The notes under the pieces were generated by a model. The model made no database searches. It worked only from the letters and a program-made list of their open reading frames with translations, and had not been told where the DNA came from. A stretch of DNA of 63,743 bases, filler included, from Kipferlia bialata (Eukaryota), in assembly GCA_003568945.1 (NCBI GenBank). It is 3 parts of 3 records of this genome, joined end to end, with 100 filler letters (N's around TTAATTAATTAA, not from the genome) between each part and the next. Parts side by side here need not be neighbours in the genome. Positions count along the whole stretch, not along the records: positions 52,578 to 63,743 come from BDIP01000214.1; 2 more parts are not named here. One strand, written 5' to 3'. Below are positions 54,796 to 63,743 of the stretch, piece by piece (positions within the stretch are counted from its first letter, which is position 1; each line of letters begins with the position of its first letter). The position numbers and the translations under genes were made by a program.

Positions 54796-57707
54796 TCAGC
54801 GACGCTCTGCACATATAGCCTCCAGGGCCTCGCATATGGCCTGGGCCTCAGCGGGTGTCTGCGCCCCTATCACCCTCTGCAGCAATGTGGATGTCAGAGC
54901 ATGGCACCGGCTGATGGATGCCAGGTGCGGCTGGGGTGGGGGGGCTCTCTGTCGCTCTCCCTGGTTAGGAATGGAAGGTGGGGACGGGACCATAGGCTCA
55001 GCAAGAGTCACGTCACCCTTGCCACTGCCTCCGGGTGCCTCTCCACCAGACACCCCCCTGGCGACAAAGGCCACCTTAACCTGGGCAGAGGTATCTACAT
55101 GGCCAGGGGCCTGGGGCTGTGATGAGGGCTCCTGCTTAGGCTGCACATTGACTAGCGTGCCATCGTCAGCTGCCCGCAGCACACTCTCCCTGGCAAAGGA
55201 CCACCCAGGCTGACCCACCCTCAGGAAGAACGAACGGAGGCTGCCCCGGTACTGGGTCCAGTACCTGTGCAGACACGTGCTAGGGGTGAGAGGTAGAGAG
55301 AGTGTGAAAGAGTAAGTTAGGACCACACCCCATACCTGCTGTGTACGTTGTGCTGCACCGCTGTCTTGTCCTTGCCCACCCTCTTCTTCTGGTTGGAGAT
55401 GGACGTGATGTACGACTTGCCCCCCTCGTTCTTACGGACATGCAGCTCAGCCGCACACCCATGGGTGGCACACCGCAGGATGAACTTGGTGCCCCTGCCA
55501 CTGGGGTGGGGGGGGGAGTAGGGGCAAGGGTAATGTAGATTACTGTCACTGTGAATATAGAGGTCTGGAGTGACTATGAGAGACAGTTCGAGGGACACAG
55601 CGGGGTGGTCTTAGAAGAACGTACCCGTTAGCCCTACATACCCATGTCTGGGGTGTGTGGGAGTTGGCAGCAGCCACTAGCTCTTCCCTGTCGGTTAGTG
55701 ACACATTCACACCCATGGAAGATATAGAACACTGTGTGACAATGCTACTGCATGCTCTTTCGATATTGCAACATCAGCCAGTAACCACGATATCAATCCA
55801 TACCTTGAGTCGAACTTGTGTCTGAACAGGTGGGACGGAATGCCACTAAAGTTGGCACCCCTGGGTGTCAGAGACAGAGGGAGTTATATGTCAACAATAG
55901 AGACACACATACCACCGTACCTGTTAATCTTCTGTGCCGCCACTTCCACTATGGTCTGGATCAGCCTGGGTTAGGGGGGGAGAAGAGACTCCACATGCCA
56001 GAGTGTAGAGGTACAATAATCATGATCAACATACATACCTGTGCTGATCAGAGTCGTCGGTCTGGGTGAGGGGAGGGGAGGGTGCATACTCACCCAGCCC
56101 CACCTGGGAGGGCCGACGTGCAGAGGAGGCAGATACAGATGCAGATGCCGAGGCTGGTGGTACAGAGACTGAGTCTGACTGCACTGGTACCGATAGAGAG
56201 GCAGAGGCAGACACAGACACAGAGGTGTGTGCAGACTGGGATGGGTCAGTCACACCCTGGGCATCCCCTCCTTGCACTATGGCACCTGTAGTGGTAGTGG
56301 TAGGGTGGGCATTCTCCGGCCCAGGTGTGGACCTGCTCCCCCCCAGCACACTGTGCCCTGCCTTGGGTGTATCAATGACAGCACCAGAGACAGTGCCAGT
56401 GACACCAGAAGGAGAGGGGTCCCTGTGCCCTGCATGTCCTGATGGATGCATGGGTGTATCACCAGAGGATGTAGACGCCACTGCTATGGGGGGGAGTGAG
56501 GCACCACCTGCAGAGGGTAGGACAGCCCCACTCCCATCGACTTGGGATACACCCTGGGGTGGGGGTCTCTTGGCCCTTGGGGAGGGCGGGTACTGCTGTG
56601 TACCATGCACTGTCTCTCCATGTCCTACACTCCCATCAGAGTCCTGCCTTGCAAGTCCCATATCATGGGAGACAGAGATTGGAAGCACTCTCTCCCTATC
56701 CCTGTACTTGAGTGTGTCCTGGGCGGGTAGCGACCGAGACTCCACTCTATGTGGGGAGTGGTGTATGGTATGGGACGCAGGTGGGGGCAGGGGGACAGAT
56801 GCGGCAGAGGGTGTGTGGGCAGACACATCATGAGGGGACATCATGGAAGTAATGCCCGGATACCTGGCCATTCTCTCCCTCTCCCTCTCCCTCTCCCTCT
56901 CTCTGTCTCTCTCCCACGGCAGGTTGTGGGTGGGTATGGTGTGGTACGGCACAGGTCCTCCCCTGTACTCCTTTCCCCCGTGCAGTGGGGGCACCCTAGG
57001 CAGGGCCGCAGGGGACATAGGTACATGGGGGACAGAGGCAGACGGCAGGGCCTTGCGCACCTTGGTGGCTGGGGGGTCAGGCAGGGAGGAGGAGGAGGGG
57101 GGGGGGAGTACATGACGTGCCACCTAATCCCATACACAGCCATATATACATCCGCACCTCCGTCTCTGAGCAGCCTGACACAGTTGGGGCAACAGGGCGG
57201 GGTGAGGTGCACCCCAAACACATCGGTCAGGTCACTCACATCGGCGCAGCAGTGAGGGTGGAGCTGGCCAGCACACTGAGGGCAGAGAGAAAGAGAGACC
57301 ACAAAACAAGATAGGATTGACCTGGAACCAAAGTGTCCATATATATATATAGATATAGGACTCACCTGGGTGCATATGGCTGTTGCCTTCTCGTCTCCAT
57401 CCAGGCCGTCTAGAATACACACGGCACACCTGGGGGTTAGAGGGAGAGTACCAAGATATATAGAGCACATGGTTCCCACTCACCAGTCGTCACTCTGGAT
57501 GCTATACATCTCATCCTCGGGTGGGCCAAGGGCATGGTGGAGGCCAGGCAGGCGCTGTGCCCCTGCACTGATGCTATGCCGGGGGACACCGACCCTGGCC
57601 CCACCCCTGTCTAGGTCTGTATGGCCATGGGCAGATTGGGACCCATGCTCTGCTACGCTCTTGGGGGGCTGGCTCGCCTGAATCACACCGGGAGCCGGGT
57701 GATTCAT
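54796..57707 (-). CDS. PHD-finger protein with Pro/Ser-rich linker and WRKY/GCM1/FAR1-like zinc-finger domain
   Basis: Spliced exons give WCAVC...ICTQCAGQLHPHC...CCPNC (C4-H-C3 spacing). Later exons give FDSREELVAAAN...KFILRCATHGCAAELHVRK...YITSI...QHNVH (C-x4-C...H-x2-H). Confidence 0.55.
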
Positions 57708-57878
57708 GGGCCTCCCGTGGGTATCTCTCTCACGGGCACTATTATGGTTGTTGACTGGCCTGGAGTGCTATTCAAAGAGGGCGTTACACTAAGCTGGGAT
57801 CGTTGTTAGAAAATAGACATTAGATTAAGGCTGCTTGTGGCAACCTACAAAACATGCCTTTCCTTGCAAGTCGCACAC

Positions 57879-58687
57879 ATGACAGCCCTCCCGACCGATG
57901 CTTCTGATATGCTACAGACCCTGGCCTGCAGGGTATGGTTTATATATGTTCATGTTTGGGTATATGGTGCAGACTCTTGTATTACCGAGTATGGTGATAG
58001 GAAAAGGCATATATATACACACCTATTCTTACTAGTCACCGCACTGGGAGCATCATGGTACACTGTTGCCCTTCCCTTGTATATACCTATAGTACAATAG
58101 TCACTTTGGATGCCGGTTCTACTACGTGTTTTCTGACATTAAAGTGGTCACTCAAACTGGAACTGATGTACCAATGTATACAATGATAGATACAGCTTCT
58201 ATATACCTGTTTACATGTAGTATTTGAGCGTTAGGAGAGTGGGAGAGGTATACGGGTGTATGTATGTGCATGGATATGTGATATTGCAATACCATCGTTG
58301 TTTCCTCCCCACCCCAGGATGTGCTGAAGCAGCTGACCGAGGTCCATGGTGCCGACTCCCTTGTGTGGTCCATCTTCCTCAGGCTCCTCGAGATCCCAAG
58401 GTATGTACAAGGGTATATGTATATATATGAATATATATATATGTATATACGACATGTCCATCAGTGTGAGTTGTGGACGTCTCTCTGAGCCGCTCACGTT
58501 TGCATAGTTTGCATTCGTCCATTGTGCTCTCTTTCCCCCTACTCTACCCGTCAGTGTGGTCTAGTGTCACTTCAGCATCTGATCTATATTATGTAGCCAT
58601 CCCCCTCTATGATCTGATGCGTCAGGGCCTCTGGCAACCCGACCCAGATCATCCCTGGCATAGTGGCCATGATCAAGAGGATGACAG
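57879..58687 (+). CDS. Probable aminoacyl-histidine dipeptidase (PepD, M20C) N-terminal exons
   Basis: Exons 57879-57932, 58318-58400 and 58626-58687 splice in frame to ...LVWSIFLRLLEIPRASGNPTQI, resembling the PepD N-terminal W..F..I..IPR.SGN motif. Only a short part is visible. Confidence 0.5.
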
Positions 58688-58806
58688 GTGGGGGCAGGCG
58701 GTGGATGGGGTGTGTATAGTCAGTGTGTTGATGGGTGCATTGTGTATAACCCCCCCCCCCCCCCCCCCCCCTCCCCCCCCCCCCCCCCCCCCCCCCCTCC
58801 CCCTCC

Positions 58807-59621
58807 NNNNNNNNNNNNNNNNNNNNNNNNNNNNNNNNNNNNNNNNNNNNNNNNNNNNNNNNNNNNNNNNNNNNNNNNNNNNNNNNNNNNNNNNNNNNNN
58901 NNNNNNNNNNNNNNNNNNNNNNNNNNNNNNNNNNNNNNNNNNNNNNNNNNNNNNNNNNNNNNNNNNNNNNNNNNNNNNNNNNNNNNNNNNNNNNNNNNNN
59001 NNNNNNNNNNNNNNNNNNNNNNNNNNNNNNNNNNNNNNNNNNNNNNNNNNNNNNNNNNNNNNNNNNNNNNNNNNNNNNNNNNNNNNNNNNNNNNNNNNNN
59101 NNNNNNNNNNNNNNNNNNNNNNNNNNNNNNNNNNNNNNNNNNNNNNNNNNNNNNNNNNNNNNNNNNNNNNNNNNNNNNNNNNNNNNNNNNNNNNNNNNNN
59201 NNNNNNNNNNNNNNNNNNNNNNNNNNNNNNNNNNNNNNNNNNNNNNNNNNNNNNNNNNNNNNNNNNNNNNNNNNNNNNNNNNNNNNNNNNNNNNNNNNNN
59301 NNNNNNNNNNNNNNNNNNNNNNNNNNNNNNNNNNNNNNNNNNNNNNNNNNNNNNNNNNNNNNNNNNNNNNNNNNNNNNNNNNNNNNNNNNNNNNNNNNNN
59401 NNNNNNNNNNNNNNNNNNNNNNNNNNNNNNNNNNNNNNNNNNNNNNNNNNNNNNNNNNNNNNNNNNNNNNNNNNNNNNNNNNNNNNNNNNNNNNNNNNNN
59501 NNNNNNNNNNNNNNNNNNNNNNNNNNNNNNNNNNNNNNNNNNNNNNNNNNNNNNNNNNNNNNNNNNNNNNNNNNNNNNNNNNNNNNNNNNNNNNNNNNNN
59601 NNNNNNNNNNNNNNNNNNNNN
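58807..59621. other. Assembly gap (N run) flanked by C-runs
   Basis: Run of N. Confidence 0.99.
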
Positions 59622-59753
59622 CTCTCACTACAGGACATGGTATCCCCCCCCCCCCCCCCCCCACACACACAGACACACACTGATTTAGCCTTCCTGGTCC
59701 TCTCTTCGCTCTCTCTCTCTTTCCTCCCCCTCCTCTATCTCCCCCCACCCCAG

Positions 59754-60139
59754 GAGTGACACCTACATCATGCACCCAGCAGACAATGCCTCATCCATCA
59801 GCCTAAAGTGCACAGGTGTCACACAATATGCATCATATGTATAGTATTACTATACAACATACGTGTCGACATCCCTTCATGCCAGGTTCCACCCTCAGCA
59901 GTGACTATCTTGTTGCCTACACTGCCAACTGTGACAGCAGTGGATATCCAACAACGGTATGGCATATGAGTAGTATCATATCATTATCATATCTACACCC
60001 TTGTTGCTGCAGTATTCTCTCTCTCTTCTCTTCTCTCACATCAGTACACCGGCTCGCAGCAGGTCGCCTATGCCTCAGGCACCATTGGAATCGATGGGTA
60101 TGGTTGATACTGTCCATGTGTCTCTTGTATAGGTATATC

Positions 60140-60170
<31 letters not shown>

Positions 60171-63100
60171 ATCATATGTATACTAGAATGTATTCTGACC
60201 CAGGGAGTCTGACCTCCTCCTCCAAGCGTAAGCATACAAAGTACATAAGTATTTCTCTATATGTATTCATATGAGGAATATGTATACATAGTATGAGTCT
60301 ATGTAGTCTCATCTCAGGGAGTACAGTCTGACCTCCTCCTCCAAGGACTGTGTCTATGTCAAGTTCAGAAGCTCATACTCGAGGTAGACATTATATAGTA
60401 TGTATGTATATAAATACATGTATATATTGACTAATGCGAGGTATTATACTTAATGTCATATAGTATACGTATATAGACTATATGCACTGTGTCTCGGTCA
60501 AGTTCAGAAGCTCATACTCGAGGTATAGTACTGTATGTATCTTGTGTATTTACAGAGAGATACTAAAGAGTATATGTATAGTGTATATGTAAGTATCTCA
60601 AGTTCAGAAGCTAATACTCGAGGTAGATAGTATATTGCACTTGTATATTGTATATAATTATGTATTTATATAATAATGTATTTATACATAGACTAATGCA
60701 CAGCTACTCTGAGTACAGACAAACTACAGCTTACTTGTTGGGAGACTGCCCCCCCCCCCCCTTCCCTTATCTGACCCCAGCATGTATGGCTCCCACGGTG
60801 ACTTCCAGTGCGACTGGGCTGCAGGTATGAGTATCAGTATAGTATATTATAGTATTTATATATGGTATCTATATATCTATAGACTAATCTGCAGCTGGTG
60901 CCTTCACCCCCCAGACCACCCTGTCAGGCACCTTTGGACCAGAGGACTATGACATCAACAGGTACGTGACACGGCTGGTATAGATAGTGTGTGATATAGG
61001 TTTAGTACGGATAGTATTTGTGTACACAATGCATACATAATTATATAGGTATATATATAGATTCGAACCAGAGGACTATGACATCAACAAGTACGTGACA
61101 GATATATATACAATACATACACACATATGTCTATATCTATAGAGAGAGAGAGAGAGAGATTCGGACCAGAGGACTATGACATCAACAAGTACGTTTATAT
61201 ACGTGTATGTATATATGTGTGTGTTTATATATATGCACTAGCATTGTATGGAGAGACGGTATTATTATTTCTCCCTCACCTCAGGTACGAGAAGTATGTC
61301 GTGCACCCCGGTGACATGGCCTCGGCCAATGTGACATGCACCGGCAAGATGAACCAGAGCAGTGACGAGTTTGAGGTAATAGTCTCATACACACAGGAAT
61401 ATGAAATGATTCTCATTACACTTGAACGTATATGCATGACTTCGGGTACTTATACGTGTCCTAGAAGATGAACCAGAGCAGCGACGAGTTTGAGGTACAA
61501 ACAATGTATATGCGTCTATATAGGAAGTGTCTATCACTCTCACATATTACTATGTATCTATAAATAACTATATATATCTATGTAACTATATATATATCCA
61601 ACTCTGCCCCTCTCACTCCCAGCTCTACAAGGCCTCATGTGATAGCAGTCACGACACATCACAGGCCACTCTGGTGGTGTCAGCTGATAGGGAGATCAGG
61701 TATAATTCACATATGTGTTAGACATGTATATTCATATAGCCTACATATATGTGTATGATATTCACTACACTATACTCTCAAGTCAAAGGGAGATCAGGTA
61801 TAGAGAGTATACTATACACATGAGTGCAACTAGTAGAGTATCACACTACTATACACTAGTTTCTGTGCTGATAGGGAGATCAGGTATACAATTATGAGTG
61901 TACCTGAGGTCATATACTACACACTACACTACTCGACTACCCTCTGACTTCAGTATCGATGAGTCCCTAACCTTTGAGGGTTCCCTCAACTGCTTCTATG
62001 TCATATGGAGGACCAAGAACAACAGCTACAGAGACTACGGCAACCTACCCACCTGCACCTACCAGGCAAGGGACTCCAGTATTAGTATCAGTATATACAG
62101 ATATATAGATATATGTAGCTACTGATACTTCCAGGCGGTGGACTCCAATGGCAACACCAGTGACTCTGAAGACGACAACGGTGACGACGACGACACCAGT
62201 GACCCAATCGACCCTAGTGACATCAACCCAATGTTCCTGCTCGTAGGTACCTAATGTATCAACTGTATCTACTGTATATGGAATGCTACCCTCTCTCTGT
62301 TAGATAGAACATATATATACAGTACATATATACTTCTTGATCCACATATATAGATGGATCCGGTGTTCTTGGTGGCTGGTAGGAGCCATGGACTGTGTCC
62401 CAAGGTCCCAACAATCCCATATACACATTATATATACATTCGGGTGTGTGTATACTATTACTTTCTTCTATGGTTCCTGATAGCAAGTACGTACAAACAT
62501 CCAGATACATACACATATATACATGTTTATAGCACTTAACACGCCACATCACTCTTGTTTCTCATCCCAGGCGGTCTCCTCGTCCTGTGCATTCTCCTCA
62601 GCATATGCGTCTGTGTGTGTAACAAGCATGAGGAGGAGGAGGAGGAGGGGGAGGAGGAGGAGGAGGAGAGTGTACAGTGCGTGAGTCACTCCCCTAGTAT
62701 ACCTAGTATGCCTAGTATGCCTAGTATGCCTGGTGTCCAGACTGGGGTTACTGCCACTCAGCCATCTGGTGTGGCCATGTCACCAATGGGTAACATGTCA
62801 CAAGTGACAACAGGCATGGGTACAATGGGTGGGCAGGTGAGAACAATGTCCAGATACACAGGGTAGACATCTCTCTCACGCAGAGTATCCGCCTCAACCT
62901 GACCACAGTAAGACTTCTTCTCCAGCCTCTCTCACCCCTGTTATGTTGAACTCCTTCTCTCTCTCTCTCCCCCTCCTTTACCCCCAGTTGACCCCTGCCA
63001 TGTTATACTCTTTCTCTCTCTCTCTCTCTCCCCTCTCCTCCCTTACCCCCAGCTGACCCCTGCCATGCTGGACTCCATGTCCTCCCAGCAGCTCCAGATG

Positions 63101-63390
63101 CAGCTCTACATGCAACAGATGCAGATGCAGCAGGTAGAGTGACATATATATATAGAGAGAGAGAGAGAGAGATGCAGCAGATGCAAATGCAGCAGGTACA
63201 GTGACATATATTGTATATACACATTTGTATGGAGAGAGAGTGAAGTCTGATGCACCAGATGTACAGGATGTCCATGAACCAGGGCATGATACATCCAGTG
63301 CAGCAGTCTACGGGTGTTAGCAAGGTAGAGACAGCGGTAGAGGTAGAGGCGCAGCTGCCAGGAGGGGTGGAGGCAGTGGAGAGTGTGTAG
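59754..63390 (+). CDS. Type I membrane protein with two CUB-like extracellular modules, acidic stalk, TM helix and Met/Gln-rich tail (5' end missing)
   Basis: Two parallel modules: YIMHP...LKCTG...YTANCDSS...CVYVKFRS and SGTFGPEDYDINRYEKYVVHP...VTCTG...YKASCDSS...CFYVIWRT. TM segment GGLLVLCILLSICVCVC. Last exon ends VEAVESV-stop at 63390. Confidence 0.55.
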
Positions 63391-63743
63391 GCTCTCCACT
63401 ATACTAGACTCTAGCTGCTAGACTCTAGGCACCCCGATGGGTGAGGGAGCGAATTAGTCATCTAGGTAATCTCCCACATAACTCGAGGAACTGGAGTGCC
63501 ACTCCAGTATAGTATGTGTGGATGAACATCCCTCCGCTATCATGTTTTATAACTTAGTCAATAGAGAGGTTCGAATTGGGGTAAGACTGTGAATACGTCG
63601 AACTTTTCATTAAGTGTAGAGTTCTGAACTATGACCATGATACTCGGCCTAATATCATGATACTATTAGCTAATAGGGCAAGTATAGTCGATTTATTGGA
63701 GTGGACCCTTTTGCCAAAAAGGCAGAGTCCAACCCTAGTCGAT

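Noticed and set aside
58473..59775. Long ORFs spanning N runs (also 11835-12437)
   Set aside because: Open only because Ns contain no stop codons
63700..63740. Imperfect hairpin followed by CTAG-T, resembling a Helitron 3' end
   Set aside because: Weak stem, atypically short spacing to CTAG, at the window edge, and no 5' end or RepHel ORF visible

Overview
Eukaryotic, intron-rich genomic DNA from a flagellated protist. It uses the standard code and GT-AG introns with the branch point fused to the 3' splice site. Introns are rich in (TA)n/(GA)n. The style resembles the fornicate Kipferlia bialata, which is an inference. The window joins three scaffolds with N-TTAATTAATTAA-N spacers and has two further N gaps. 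Recognisable genes: WDR5-like WD40, RPS24, SCI1-like, DNAAF1, RPS19, IQCA1/DRC11, POLA2, COMMD6-like, TTC25/ODAD4, DDX56/DBP9, condensin CAP-H, a large RNI-type LRR protein, a PHD + WRKY/FAR1-like zinc-finger protein, a PepD-like peptidase fragment and a CUB-like membrane protein. The most striking signal is intronic 'echoes' of the neighbouring exon edges. Exon starts with their acceptor are copied upstream, and exon ends with their donor are copied downstream. In the pairs aligned by hand the echoes differ from the real exon mostly by synonymous codon changes (38 synonymous vs 6 non-synonymous codons in six pairs), which neutral decay of a duplicate does not explain. A compositionally distinct island at about 33.7-39.4 kb carries a minisatellite, a hairpin and an orientation-switching GTGCACGACT motif. 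Several genes are cut off at long poly-C/G runs, probably assembly misjoins. Exon boundaries were read by eye and family calls rest on remembered motifs, not database searches.
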